Assembly: GCA_030583805.1 (NCBI GenBank)
Contig: CP129476.1
Location: forward strand, 509,429-573,428
DNA length: 64,000 nt
From: Patescibacteria group bacterium
GTDB taxonomy: Bacteria > Patescibacteriota > Patescibacteriia > SG8-24 > DYFX01
Direction: 5' to 3'
Both the position numbers and the translations under genes were made by a program. Of this stretch, positions 43,763 through 55,200 are shown one piece after another. Each line of letters starts with the position of its first letter. The first letter of the stretch is position 1. The notes below the pieces were generated by a model, which did no database searches, was not told the DNA's origin, and was given only the letters and a program-made list of their open reading frames with translations.

Positions 43763-45030
43763 AGCATCTTCTTCCGAATGAAGGCGGGGATATCCAGTTC
43801 TTCCTCTTCGGCCGTGCCGGCCGGCTGCGGCGCGGGCGCGGACGAGCGGAAGCGCTGCGGTTCCGGTTCGAGAGACTTGATACGCTTCGGCACGGACGCG
43901 ACAGGCTTGGCCGGTTCAAAGACCGGTTGCGCTTGCGGCTTCGCCTCGATCGGGCGCGCCGCCACGGCCGGCTTTTCTTCCACAGGCTTGCTCGCGAAGA
44001 CGGACGGCTTTGCGGCAGGTGCCAGGGTCCCGGCCGACAGAATACTCTTCATCGAGGAGGTCATTTGCGTGCGCTCCTGGCCGTCAAAGCCCGTCGCCAC
44101 GACCGTGACCTTAACTTCGTCCTTCATCGTTTCGTCGATCACGGCGCCGAAAATAACCTTGGCGCCTTCGTCGGTTTTTTCGGTAATGACGGCTGCCGCA
44201 TCGGCGACTTCCTTCATGCCGAGGCTCTGGCCGCCCGTGACGGTAAAGAGGATGCCGCGCGCGCCGTCGATGGAAACCTCGAGGAGCGGGCTGGCGATCG
44301 CTTGCTTGGCGGCTTCAACCGCGCGGCCTTCGCCGGAACCGCGGCCGATACCCATGAGGGCGGAACCCTGGCCGAGCATGATCGCTTTGACGTCGGCGAA
44401 GTCGACGTTGATGAGGCCCGGAACGGTGATGAGTTCGCTGATGCCCTGAACGCCCTGGCGCAGCACGTCGTCGACGATCTTGAAGGCGTCGAGCAGCGAG
44501 GTGGTTTTATCGATGAGGCCCAGCACGCGGTCGTTCGGGATCGTGATGATGGTGTCGAGCCGGTCTTTGAGTTCTTTGTACCCGACTTCGGCCACTTCGC
44601 GGCGCTTCGCGCCTTCGAAAGCGAAGGGACGCGTCACGACGGCGACCGTCAGCGCACCGAGGTCGCGAGCGATTTCCGCGACGACCGGGCCGGCACCGGT
44701 ACCGGTACCTCCGCCGAGACCGCAGGTCACAAAAACCATGTCGGCATCTTTCAATGCTTCGCGGATTTCGTTCGCGCTCTCTTCCGCGGCGCGCTTGCCC
44801 ATTTCCGGATCCATGCCGGCACCAAGGCCGCGCGTGACGGTTTTGCCGATATGCAGCTTCACCGGCGCATGCGAGTGATGCAACGCCTGCACGTCCGTAT
44901 TGACAGCGATGAATTCAACGCCGCGGATTTTCGACAAAATCATGCGGTTAACGGCGGAGTTACCAGATCCGCCGACGCCGACGACTTTGATCTTCGCGAA
45001 TGTTTCGACCGCGGGTTTAACTTCACCCAT
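43759..45030 (-). CDS. ftsZ: Cell division GTPase FtsZ
   Basis: [17 protein letters not shown]...[18 protein letters not shown]...[23 protein letters not shown].... The stop overlaps the nrdR start by 4 nt. Confidence 0.97.
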   Translation of the reverse strand: MGEVKPAVETFAKIKVVGVGGSGNSAVNRMILSKIRGVEFIAVNTDVQALHHSHAPVKLHIGKTVTRGLGAGMDPEMGKRAAEESANEIREALKDADMVFVTCGLGGGTGTGAGPVVAEIARDLGALTVAVVTRPFAFEGAKRREVAEVGYKELKDRLDTIITIPNDRVLGLIDKTTSLLDAFKIVDDVLRQGVQGISELITVPGLINVDFADVKAIMLGQGSALMGIGRGSGEGRAVEAAKQAIASPLLEVSIDGARGILFTVTGGQSLGMKEVADAAAVITEKTDEGAKVIFGAVIDETMKDEVKVTVVATGFDGQERTQMTSSMKSILSAGTLAPAAKPSVFASKPVEEKPAVAARPIEAKPQAQPVFEPAKPVASVPKRIKSLEPEPQRFRSSAPAPQPAGTAEEEELDIPAFIRKKML

Positions 45031-45136
45031 AGTGGCAGTTGCGCGAGTGGTTATATTTCTTCCCTTACAGCGTACATAAAAAAAGCAGCCTTCTCAAGGC
45101 TCCTTGAACATGATTATTGTTCACTTTATGCCCATC

Positions 45137-46393
45137 TCAGGGCAGAAGCGAGCGTAACAGCTTTTTGAAGCGGCTTCCGACCTGTAAGTCGCCGAATTTG
45201 CCCGCCAAACCGCTCTGGCTGCGGGCATTGTCCGAAAGATGGTGCCCCCACAGGACAAGGCCGACTGCGGTCGAAAAGGCGATGTCGTTCGTGCGGTCGG
45301 TGATGCTTGAAACGTTCACCGGGTAACCGAGCGCCGCGGGGAGACGGAGTTCCGTCTTGGCCATGTCGACCAGGCCGTTCAGTTTCGCTCCCCCGCCGGT
45401 CAGGATAATGCCTGCCGGAAGACGTCCGCTGCGGTCGATTTTTTTCAGTTCCTTGTCGATTTTGCCAAAAATTTCCTCGACGCGGGCTTCGATGATTTCC
45501 GCGACGAATTTCTTGCTGACCACTTCGTCCTCCTCCGCGCCAAGGTCGGCCAAACGGATATCCTCGCGCTTGGCTTCGCGCGACGAGGCGAGGCCGTGCT
45601 CGACCTTCACGCGTTCTGCGACTTCAATCGACGTGCGCAGGCCGATCGCCACGTCGGACGTGATGTGATCGCTGCCGATCGGGAGGACCACGGTGCGCAA
45701 CACGTCACCGTCTTCATAGACCGCAAGCGAGGTGGTGGAGCTGCCGATGTTGGCGACGGCGACGCCGAGCTCCTTTTGGCGAGGGCTGGCGACCGCTTCC
45801 GAAGCGGCCAAGACGCCGAGCACGACGTCATCGATCTCGATGCCGGTGCGGTAGACGCACTTGGAAAGATTTTTCAGCTGCGACGAAAGGCTTTGGATGA
45901 TTTGCGCGTCGACTTCCAAACGAATGCCGGTCATGCCGACCGGATCCTTGATGCCGGACTGGCCGTCGACGATGAAGCTTTTCGGAAGGACGTGGAGAAT
46001 TTCGTAGTTCAACGGGGTGGCGACGGTGCGGGCGGCTTCGAGCGCGCGTTCAACGTCTTCTTCTCGGATTTCGCCATCGGAACGCGAAACCGCCACGACA
46101 CCCTTCGATTCCTGGGAAACGATGTGGCTGCCGGAGATGCCGACGAATGCTCGCTCGATCTGCACGCCGGTCATGCGCTCGACTTTTTCCAAACAGGTCG
46201 AGACCGAAGAGATGGCGTCTTCGATCGAGGTAATGACGCCCTTGTTGACGCCGACAGACGGCGCTTCCGCCGCGCCGATGATCTGGATCGATTCGCGCCC
46301 GCCCGAAGAGCCGCGCTGCCCTACGGCAACGCGCACCGACGATGAGCCGATGTCGAGACCTGCGACGATTTCGTTGGAGGAAGATTTCGCCAT
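45137..46393 (-). CDS. ftsA: Cell division protein FtsA
   Basis: IVAGLDIGSSSVRVAVGQ...VQIERAFVGISGSHIVSQ...GLRTSIEVAERVK...GIILTGGGAKLNGLVDMAKT... is the actin-like ATPase. It sits upstream of ftsZ. Confidence 0.95.
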   Translation of the reverse strand: MAKSSSNEIVAGLDIGSSSVRVAVGQRGSSGGRESIQIIGAAEAPSVGVNKGVITSIEDAISSVSTCLEKVERMTGVQIERAFVGISGSHIVSQESKGVVAVSRSDGEIREEDVERALEAARTVATPLNYEILHVLPKSFIVDGQSGIKDPVGMTGIRLEVDAQIIQSLSSQLKNLSKCVYRTGIEIDDVVLGVLAASEAVASPRQKELGVAVANIGSSTTSLAVYEDGDVLRTVVLPIGSDHITSDVAIGLRTSIEVAERVKVEHGLASSREAKREDIRLADLGAEEDEVVSKKFVAEIIEARVEEIFGKIDKELKKIDRSGRLPAGIILTGGGAKLNGLVDMAKTELRLPAALGYPVNVSSITDRTNDIAFSTAVGLVLWGHHLSDNARSQSGLAGKFGDLQVGSRFKKLLRSLLP

Positions 46394-46401
46394 GTCGATC
46401 G

Positions 46402-46758
46402 TTAGAAGACGTGCGACCAGAACACCAAAACGCCCACGAGGAGCGCGCCGACGGAACTCACGAGCACCGCGCCGGCCATCATATCCTTGATTTGCTCGGC
46501 ATAGGCGTGGATGCGCGGCTTGAACAGATCGACAAGCCGCTCGACGGCGCCGTTCAGTAATTCTAGCACGAGCGTCATGACAGCGACAACGACGAGAAGA
46601 GCCGTTTCGGCGCGCGAGAGGTTAAAGACGAAGATCAGCACGGTAAGCACGAGCGCGGCCAAGAGCTGGATCCGAAAACTCTGCTCTTCGCGCGCCAGCG
46701 TGACGATCCCCTTCACGGCAAAGCGCAGGCTGCGGAGAAAACGGCGCACGTCAAGCAT
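46402..46758 (-). CDS. dgkA: Diacylglycerol/undecaprenol kinase DgkA family
   Basis: ...RAETALLVVVAVMTLVLELLNGAVERLVD....AYAEQIKDMMAGAVLVSSVGALLVGVLVF. Three TM helices, 118 aa. It follows ybeY as in the Firmicute ybeY-dgkA arrangement. Confidence 0.8.
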   Translation of the reverse strand: MLDVRRFLRSLRFAVKGIVTLAREEQSFRIQLLAALVLTVLIFVFNLSRAETALLVVVAVMTLVLELLNGAVERLVDLFKPRIHAYAEQIKDMMAGAVLVSSVGALLVGVLVFWSHVF

Positions 46759-47173
46759 ATGTTTGCGATTTCAGGATCCTGCGTTGCAGCGCGAACATAA
46801 CCTTCTCATCCTTCAAAGTCTCGTGATCGTAGCCGAGAAGGTGCAGGACGCCGTGCACGAGCAAAAGCGCAAGTTCGGAACGAAGCGTTTTCTTGGCTTC
46901 TTTGGCCTGTTTTTCGGCCTGGGCGACCGAAATGACGATGTCCCCAAGCAAGCCGTGGGCTCCGTCCGCGAACGACAGGACGTCGGTCGTTTTTTTCTTG
47001 TTGCGGTGCACCGTGTTCAATTTCGTCATCTCGCGATCCGACACGAAAACGACGCCGACCTCCGTCGAAGCTGTTTTCTTGGCACCGCGCAAGGCGGCCG
47101 TCACCATTTTTTTGATCCACGCGTCGCTGACCGGCGCCTTGACGCGCCGCGCGACGGGAACGGAAACGGTCAT
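46751..47173 (-). CDS. ybeY: Endoribonuclease YbeY (rRNA maturation factor)
   Basis: HGVLHLLGYDHE is the His-triad motif. 140 aa. Confidence 0.95.
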   Translation of the reverse strand: MTVSVPVARRVKAPVSDAWIKKMVTAALRGAKKTASTEVGVVFVSDREMTKLNTVHRNKKKTTDVLSFADGAHGLLGDIVISVAQAEKQAKEAKKTLRSELALLLVHGVLHLLGYDHETLKDEKVMFALQRRILKSQTYA

Positions 47174-48168
47174 GGCTTCTTGCTGAAGCTGTTCATGAAC
47201 ATCACGAAGGTCGTGCGGAAGGCGTCTGGCCGAGACACGCTCTCCGTCCCGCCCTCCACCACACCCTGCGCATGCGCGAGCCGATATATCATTCCGTCAA
47301 GGCTCACGTACGCGCTCATGGCGTCTGAGGATCGAATGCCTTCAAGTCCGGATTTCGTCACGAACTGTTCAACTTGCGTCGGCGAGACCCCGGGGTTTCT
47401 CGTCAAATACCAGTCGAGAACCGATTGATTTCCAGGATTGTCTTCCCTTGCGATCTCGAAATAATCGTTCGCCGCAATCACGAAAACGTACGCATTTGAA
47501 AATTCTTGGAAGCTTCCGGCTTCCGGCGCCAAAACCGTGAAGGCGTCATCGGCAGCGACAAACTCGACAACCAGGTTCGCTTCTACAAGTTTCGTAGGCT
47601 TGAATCCCGTCGGATTGTAGAGATTCATCACCTCCAGACCGTCCGAATAGCCATCACCATCCGTGTCGCTGTTGAGCGGGCCGGTGCCATACAGCGTTTC
47701 CTCCGCATTGGTCAACCCGTCATTGTCCGGATCCAGCGCTTCATCGTTCTGCGGAGTAACCGCGGGGGGCTCAACCTCGGGTTCTGGCTGCGGTTCGGGT
47801 TGCGGCTCAGGCTGCGGCTCGGGCTGCGGTTCGGGTTGCGGCGTCGGCAGCGTCACGGACGGCGCAACAGGCTGCGGCGTCGCCGCCGGCCGCAAGAACC
47901 ACCAGATCGCAAAACCCATGCCCGCCAAAAGCACGACGGCAAAGATCGGTATCAGGAGCCACTTCTTACTCCCCTTCCCGTCGGCATGTTTCGTCGGCGG
48001 CGCAGACCCCGTCGCTGCAGGCGTCGGCGCGTTCGGCTGCGACGATGTAGGCGCTGGCGCCCCCTTCGGCAGCTGCGCCTTTGCCGCGACGCCGTAAAAC
48101 TGCTCCGGGATCGTATAGATGACCGGATCCTTCGGCGCGGCGGATTGCGGAACTGGCTGCTCGGGCAT
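47170..48168 (-). CDS. Single-pass membrane protein with a (PQPE)n low-complexity linker, thrombospondin type-3-like DxDxDG calcium-binding repeats and a C-terminal globular domain
   Basis: TM WLLIPIFAVVLLAGMGFAIWWFL. PQPEPQPEPQPEPQPEPQPEPEVEPP. DPDNDGLTNAEE / DTDGDGYSDGLE. 4-nt overlap with ybeY. Confidence 0.55.
   Translation of the reverse strand: MPEQPVPQSAAPKDPVIYTIPEQFYGVAAKAQLPKGAPAPTSSQPNAPTPAATGSAPPTKHADGKGSKKWLLIPIFAVVLLAGMGFAIWWFLRPAATPQPVAPSVTLPTPQPEPQPEPQPEPQPEPQPEPEVEPPAVTPQNDEALDPDNDGLTNAEETLYGTGPLNSDTDGDGYSDGLEVMNLYNPTGFKPTKLVEANLVVEFVAADDAFTVLAPEAGSFQEFSNAYVFVIAANDYFEIAREDNPGNQSVLDWYLTRNPGVSPTQVEQFVTKSGLEGIRSSDAMSAYVSLDGMIYRLAHAQGVVEGGTESVSRPDAFRTTFVMFMNSFSKKP
47784..47840. 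repeat. Tandem 12-nt repeat (ggctgcggttcg/ggttgcggctca variants) encoding (PQPE)n
   Basis: Seen in the sequence. A similar array occurs at ~48421..48510 in the paralogous downstream gene. Confidence 0.7.
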
Positions 48169-48180
48169 AACGGTCGGATG

Positions 48181-48789
48181 TTACGGCGCGGGCGGGATTT
48201 GCAGGAGCTTGCCCGGGCCCTTTGGATCGTAGCCGTTTCTTACTTCATCTCCGTCCGAGTACGTGTCGCCGTCCGTATCCGCGTTGACCGGGTCGGTGAC
48301 GTAGACCTCGACCTCTTCGCGATCCGACAGACCGTCGCCGTCGGTATCGACCATTCCGGCATTCGTTCCGATCTGGGCTTCGCGCGCATCATTCAACCCG
48401 TCGCCATCCGTATCGACTTCAGGTTCGGGCTGAGGTTGCGGTTCAGGCTGGGGCGGTTCCGGTTGCGGCTCTGGCTGCGGCGGTTCCGGTTGAGGTTGCG
48501 GCGCCGGTTCAGGCATCGGCACTCCGCTTTCCGGCACGGAAGGAGGCGTACCGCCACGCAAAGCGAAGTAGGCTGTTGCACTGCCGCCGATCAAGACAAC
48601 CGCAAGCACGGCGATCAGGATCCATTTGTGCCCGAGACTTGATTGTTCCAACGTCACGCCTGGCGCGGCCGTTACGGAAGGCGGCGCGGTCGGCAGTCCT
48701 TGCGGCGGCGAAGCCGGAGCTTTCTCCGAGGGAATTTCCGCGAAGATGTCGGCTGGTTCAGTTTTGTCGTCAAAGAGGAAGAAAATCAT
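48181..48789 (-). CDS. Paralogous single-pass membrane protein with (PQPE)n plus TSP3-like DTDGDGLSD repeats (202 aa)
   Basis: TM WILIAVLAVVLIGGSATAYFAL. PEPAPQPQPEPPQPEPQPEPPQPEPQPQPEPE. VDTDGDGLNDARE, VDTDGDGLSDREE, NADTDGDTYSDGDE. Confidence 0.55.
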   Translation of the reverse strand: MIFFLFDDKTEPADIFAEIPSEKAPASPPQGLPTAPPSVTAAPGVTLEQSSLGHKWILIAVLAVVLIGGSATAYFALRGGTPPSVPESGVPMPEPAPQPQPEPPQPEPQPEPPQPEPQPQPEPEVDTDGDGLNDAREAQIGTNAGMVDTDGDGLSDREEVEVYVTDPVNADTDGDTYSDGDEVRNGYDPKGPGKLLQIPPAP

Positions 48790-48795
48790 ACGCGT

Positions 48796-49272
48796 TTATT
48801 CTACACAAAAACTTGGTCGCTGTCCTGCGGCAGCCGCTTCCTGTTCACGTGCCGCGACCCAAGCTTTGTCCTGTGTTTTCCCGTCCGTCATCGTCTTGAG
48901 CGGATCCGTGCAGTACGTACGCACCTCTTCGAGATCGCTCAGGCCGTCCGCGTCCGTATCCTTGCGCGAAGGGTCGGTGCGCAAGGCGGCCTCCTCGCCA
49001 TCAGACAATCCGTCGGCGTCCGTATCGCGCAAGGCCGCGTCAGCAGTCACTGGCGGCGCGTCTTTTTCAGGCGGCACGATGCCTTGCGGCTTCGACGTCG
49101 AAGATGGCGAGCCTGGCGTGACGGGCCGTGTGCCCGCACCGCCAATCGGCGTCGTTCCATCCGACGCGGGCGGCGCGATACTGGCCGTGCGGGCGCGGCT
49201 GATGATCACGACGGTCGCGATGCCGGCAAGCAGCACCGCGACCACGCTCAGGATAATGACGAGTCGCTTCAT
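48796..49272 (-). CDS. Third paralog: single-pass membrane protein with TSP3-like DTDADGLSD repeats (158 aa)
   Basis: MKRLVIILSVVAVLLAGIATVVIIS. RDTDADGLSDGEEAALRTDPSRKDTDADGLSDLEE. Confidence 0.55.
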   Translation of the reverse strand: MKRLVIILSVVAVLLAGIATVVIISRARTASIAPPASDGTTPIGGAGTRPVTPGSPSSTSKPQGIVPPEKDAPPVTADAALRDTDADGLSDGEEAALRTDPSRKDTDADGLSDLEEVRTYCTDPLKTMTDGKTQDKAWVAAREQEAAAAGQRPSFCVE

Positions 49273-49273
49273 A

Positions 49274-52200
49274 TTAGTCGCTCGCGTTCGGACCGTCGGC
49301 CCTGTTTACGTACTTGTTTTTCATGGTGAAGCGTCCTTCCGGCGAAGCGGCCGTCTTGTCGATGCGTCCGATGTACCACATGCACGGATTGCCGGAGATA
49401 TCCGAGACGGACGAGAGCAGGCGCGTCGTGCCGCTCGTGACGCCGGAGACGCTCGCGTCCGATCCCGATTCGATCGTGAAGATGGAATTGCTCTTGATGG
49501 TCGCGCTGGCCGCCTTCCACCAACCGCTGTTGCGATTGAATTCAGGCATGTTGGCGTAGTTGCCGTCCACGAAACAGCTGCCGCCGTTCGCAAAGACGTG
49601 ATAGGTGCCTTGGGGCAACGACTGGGTTGAAAGCACCATGATCTCAGGATCCGTGGCGTGCGTGCCTCCCGTCACGTCCCAGAAGAGACGGATGTGGTCG
49701 GCCGCGAAGTTGCCGTTGCCGACGTAGCGCGTATCTGCAGCGCTCGCTTTCCAGCCGAAGTACTTGGTCTGCCCTGCGAGAGGCCCTGAACTGTAGACAG
49801 CCTTCACATAGAGGTCTACTTCGTTGGCGGCATTGTGAGGCGTCGGCCACGAGATCTTGAAGCGGAAGTCGCCGGGCAGGAGCGTACCGTTGTCGCAACC
49901 GCCGGTATAAAGGCCGCAACCCCTGGAGCACAGGACCTGACCGGCTGTGCCGGCACCCTGTGAAGCGCAGCTCGGTGCCGATCCACCAGCGAACGTGTTG
50001 TTATCGCAGACTTCACCGTAGGCCGAATGGATGATGCCGTCACCGCAATAGCCTCCGTTCGGATCGTAGACGCAGTCGTTGCGGCAGACGTAGGTCGTGC
50101 CTTGACCGCGTGCTTGCGGATCGCCCTGGCCATCGCACTGTTCGCCGAATTGCGTCTGTCTCACGCTGTCTCCGCAGAATGCGGGACTCTTGGCGTTCGT
50201 GCCGAAGCAGGCGTTCGAGCAGTAGTTGCAGGAGCCGTCCATGCGGTAGGCCACGCACGGGCCGTTCGCGCCGCATTCAGCGTCGTTCGTGCACAAGCGA
50301 CCGTTCACCTTGCACTTCCTGGCCGTCGCCGCCGCCTGCGTATTCGTGTAGGGCTCGGGCTGGCACTGCGTATTGAACGCGATGCATTGACCCTCGCCGC
50401 CTTGGCAATACTGGCCGGAGACGCAGTCGGAAGCGCTGCGGCACGGCGCACCTTCAGGCGCGCTCGTTCCCGTCCCCGTATACGGAGTGTATCCGGGGTC
50501 GAACGACGTGCCCGTATCGCCGATATCCACGCGCGGCGGACCACCGCCGGACGCCGTTGTAACGGTCAGGTTTTGATCGCGCGTCGACATGTTGCCGTTG
50601 CCGTCGAAGGCGTCGATCGAGATGACGTGAATGCCGGCCGAAAGCGCGCCGACGTTGACCGAGCAGGCTGCCGAAGCGAGACGCGGATTATAGCGGCAGG
50701 TCTGGCGCAGCACTTTGACGCCGGCTGTCGTGAGGTAGATATCGATGTTATCGACAAGTGCGGCGGCATCCGTCACGTCCGAGACCGTAATAACAACGCT
50801 GTCAGCCGTGTTCGGGCTCGTAGGCGCCGTGGTGATCGGACCGATGACGGGAGGCGTCGTGTCGCCGGGGACTCCGGCGTTGCATTCGCCGGGACCGCAG
50901 GTCGCGAACGTCGCGATCGTGCCAGCGAAACGAAGCGCGGCTTCGCCAAGAGGTCCGTACATCGGGATCGCGACGTCGGAGCGCGCAAACCTCTGCTTTG
51001 ACGGAGCAGCGGCCGAAGGCGTAGAAGCGCCCGGATAGTTGCGGCAAACGCCCGGCAAGCAGTCGTTGTTCGTCGTGCAGCCTTTGACTCCGCTCGTGTC
51101 CGCCGGGTTCTGGTAGGTGCGGCTGCACCAGGCCGTGACGGGACCAGGGTCGCACGTTTCCGGCGGCGCCGTAATCGTCCGGTCGCCGCAGAAGGCGCCG
51201 GAGATCGTTTCGATCGAGCAGTCGTTCTTGCAGTAGTTGCAGACGGAACCGTATTGCGGCGTGCAGAGGACGCCGTTGGCCGCGCCGTTGTCGCACTGTT
51301 CGACGCCGGAGCGCACGAAGCCGTCGTTGCAGACGTTCAGGCGGCAGGACGTGAGACATGCTCCGTTCGGCGAATTCGCCGCGCCGTCGTCGCACTGCTC
51401 CGCGCCTTCGATCACGCCGTTGCCGCACGCGCCTGACGGACGGCAGACGGACCAGTCGTTGAACGTGCAGGCTTCGCCGACCGGTTCGGTCGCGGGTTTG
51501 CAGCTCTTGGCGCGCGTTTGCGGGAGGCCGCCCGGCGTCACGGCGCACAACGCGCACGTTTCTCCGCTGGCGCAGTCCGAATTGCTTGAGCAAGAAGCGT
51601 AGTTGCTCGACGCGCCGTTCGTGTCAGCCAAGGAAGAGCCGCTCGGAATGCAGACGCCGGGTGCCGTCGCCTGATTGCCGTCGCATTCTTCATCGCCATT
51701 CGTCTCGCCGTCGCCGCACCGCGGGCCGGCGCCGCGGCAGTCCCAGGCGCAGAAGCCGTACTCGCCGTTGTTCGCGCCGTCATCGCAGGTTTCGCTGCCA
51801 TTCCTCACGCCATCGCCGCAGAAGTTCATGCGGTCGGTGCAGACCGAAGGGAACGGCAAGCCGGAGCAGTCAGAATTCGTGGCGCATGCCTGCGCGAGAT
51901 CGCAGCTGCCGTCGGCGCAGTTGCCGTCGAAAGCCGCGCGCTTCGTAATATTGACGCAGCGTTTCACGCAACCCAGGCTGCCGCTGCGGCAGCGTCCGTA
52001 CTGGCCGTTTTGCGCGCCGTCGTCGCAGCTTTCACCCGCGAAGGTTTCGAGCGATCCGTTACCACAAGCGGCCGGTCCTGGGCAGGCGGTTTGCACCTGC
52101 CATTCGCACGCGGCGTTGCAGCTTTCGAGCGATTGGCCTCCGCTGGCGCAAGCGACGTTGCGCGTCTGACCGATCTCGCAAGCTTCCGTGCCTTCAAGCA

Positions 52201-55200
52201 AGCCGTTGCCGCACGCGCCGCCGGCCGCCGGGCCGACGAGCGGTACGCCGATCGGCATGCAGACGTCCTGTACGGAGCACTCGGCGGACGCGGTGCAAGC
52301 GGCGCCGGTGGTGAGACACGCCTTCGGAGCCGTTGGCGAGGGCAGGCCGGCGCAGACCGGCGTGATCGAAATGCGCGTCGTGCAGTTTCCGGTCGTCGGA
52401 CCGGTCGGAATCCACGAGCAGCCGAGCGCGGCTTCGCAGCTGAAGAGCGAAGTTTTCGCGGCGCACGACGTGCCGAGCCATTGGTAGGTGACGTACTCGA
52501 AGTCGACCGACATGCGGTAATCAATGCCGCCGATCGAGCGGTACTGGTAGACGTGCGAATGCGCCGGGCAAGCGAATACACCGAGCGTATCGTTGTAGCA
52601 GGTTTCCGCTTCGAACGTCGGGCGGCAGACGTCGCCCGCGCCGCCCGCGCAGTCGCCATCGGCGGCGCATGCAGTGCGGCTGATGGAGCACTCCGAACCG
52701 AAGGCTTCACAGCGGTTGAACGCGTTGACCGGATCGACGACGGCTCCGGCCGCGCCGAGTTGCTGGCTCCAGGACGGCCACTTGGACGTGGTGAATCCGC
52801 GCACGAAGCTTCCGGACTCGACTTTCGGATAGAAGCCCGTCTGTTCGCGCGTCGTTTCCAGCGCGTTTTCGATGACGCGCATATCCTGCCAGCGGCGCAT
52901 GTCGCGGCGGATCTTGTCCTTGTCGGAATCGCAGCGCATGTCAGCCGGTCCTGCCGGAAGCGCGCGCACGCAATCGAGGTCGGTCGAGCACATGATCGGC
53001 GCCGTCGATTCCGCCGTCAGGTGGAGAATCTCCCCCGCCGCGTTCTTACAGACGTTGGTCACGCGATCCGAAGGCACGAGGTTGGTATTGAAATTGACGT
53101 TGCCGACCAGGCGGTTGAAGATTTCCGCCGTGCGAGGATCCGCATTGTCGTTGTACGCGAAGACGTAGATGTACGAGCGGATGTCCGGATCGCCGTATTT
53201 GTCGGCCGCGCCGACGTACACGGTGCGCTCGTCCTTGATCGCTTGGTAGCCGTCGACCGTCGCCGCTTCCGTCTTGCCGGAGAACCGCTGGGCGACGTAC
53301 CACTCTTGCGGCGTCAAACGATCGTAGTTCTCATACACGCGCATACCGATCGCGTCCGAAACCCGCCATTCCGGCTGGAAGCGGAAAAGCAGATCTTTCG
53401 AGCGGCAGGTGTCACCCGCGTTGCAATCGGCATTCGAAACGCACGCGCGCGGCTGCGAGAAGTCCGTCGTCGCGGCGCAGAAGCGCAGGAGACCCGAACC
53501 TCCGACCGACTGGCCCTGCACGGGTTGCGGCATGAGTTCCGGAAGCGACGTGCCGGCGTTGTCTCGGCAATAGTAGAACTCGAAGTGGGTCTGCGGATCG
53601 ACATACGGAGCCCAGGCGCCCGTCAAAATGTTGCGGCGCGGCCACGGCATCTGGCAGAGCATGATCGTGATCGAGGATTTGCCGATCTTGTCGCTGCCGG
53701 CGGTCGAAGGCGTGAGGGCGGTATCCGTTTGGATGCGCGCCGTCGCCGCGACTTGCTCCTGGCCGTTAATCCCCTTGGTGGCTTGCACGGTCGCGGAAGA
53801 AGCGCCCGCAGCCGCCGTCAAATCGAGGAGCGCGCCAACTGTCGCGTTTTCGGGAATCGTCGCCCAGCTCCACGTCCAGTCGTACACGCCGGGCACCGGC
53901 GCGATCGCCTCGAGGCGGCCGCCGCGGTCCGTCATGGCCGTCGCCGTGATCGTGAGCGGGATTGCGGAGTCTTGAATGAGCTCCGTGGCCGGCGTGGTTT
54001 GCACGACGTCGAAACGGCAGACGTCCGTGCCCGTCGTGAAGTCCTGGATCGTATCCACTGTTTCCGGATATCCGACGCCCTTCACCGTTTTCACGCCCGT
54101 CTGGCCGCCGCGCACCGTGACGCGGTACAGGCGCGACGAGCTCAGCATCTGCCTGGGCGCGAACGTCGAAAGCGTGCGAACCGTGCCATCGGGCGCGGTG
54201 ACGTTCGTGTGCGTGAAGGTGCCTTCAACCGGCGCGCAGATGTGCGATGCGGAAACTTCCAAGCCCACCAGCGAGCGGAAGAAGCGTCCGATCGATGAAG
54301 CCGCGCGCGCGAACCAGGAGCGCGGACCGTTTTCGTTATACGCATGGCTCGGGCAGGATTCGACGATGAGGCCGCCCTGGAGCGAGCCGGTATTCATCTC
54401 TTCGCCGAACTGCACGCTGATCTGCACGTTGCGGCATTCGTTGCCGCCCTTGGGATTGATGTCGGGAGCGTCGGGACGCGGGTAGCAGCAGGCGCCGGCG
54501 CCGCAAGAAAGGTTCGAACCGAAGGCCGAACAGTCGCTGTCGGCGCGGCAGGAACATTCGACGTTCACGCTGCCTTGTCCGGAGACGGTGCCGATTGCCG
54601 CCGTCACCGAGGCGTTGCAGTTGTTCCTGGCGTCGCACTGGTTGCGAGCCTCGACGACCTGCGTCGGATCGATGTTCGCATCGAGCGCCGGCGCTTCGCA
54701 TTCCTCACCGCCGCCGTTCTGAATGCCGGTCAACACGTCGGCGGGCTTCACGGTGACGACCGTGTCGCCGCAGAAGGCGCGGAGCTCCGGATCGGAACCC
54801 GTTTTGGTGCAGCGCGAGCTGCAGCCGGAAGACGGATCGCCGTTTTCAGCGGCGGCGTCGCAGTTCTCGCCCTTGGCCGGTTCGATCACACCGTTGCCGC
54901 AGCAGTTCGTACCCGCCGTGCAGGTTACCGGGTTTCCGCGCAAGAGACAGCTTTGGCCGCAAGCGAAATTCGGACGCGTCGGATTGCGCTCATCGGACGC
55001 GCCGAGCGCGACGGACGGACGTCCGGCGACCAGAATCTGCGTCGCGAGACCGCCCGCGCCGAGGATGTAATCGCATTGTTCTCCGGGTTCAAGCGCGCCG
55101 TTGCCGCAGACATAGACGTTCTGGCGGGAACCTTCAAGCAAGCAGCGCGAGCTGCAGCCGTCTCCACCTTCGCTGTTACCGTCATCGCACGCTTCGCCGA

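Noticed and set aside
43747-46345. Plus-strand ORFs 43747..45168 (473 aa) and 45596..46345 opposite ftsZ and ftsA
   Set aside because: ftsZ and ftsA are unmistakable on the minus strand.
47506-48642. 378-aa plus-strand ORF across the TSP3-repeat genes
   Set aside because: Arg-rich antisense reading of the (PQPE)n and Asp-rich repeats.
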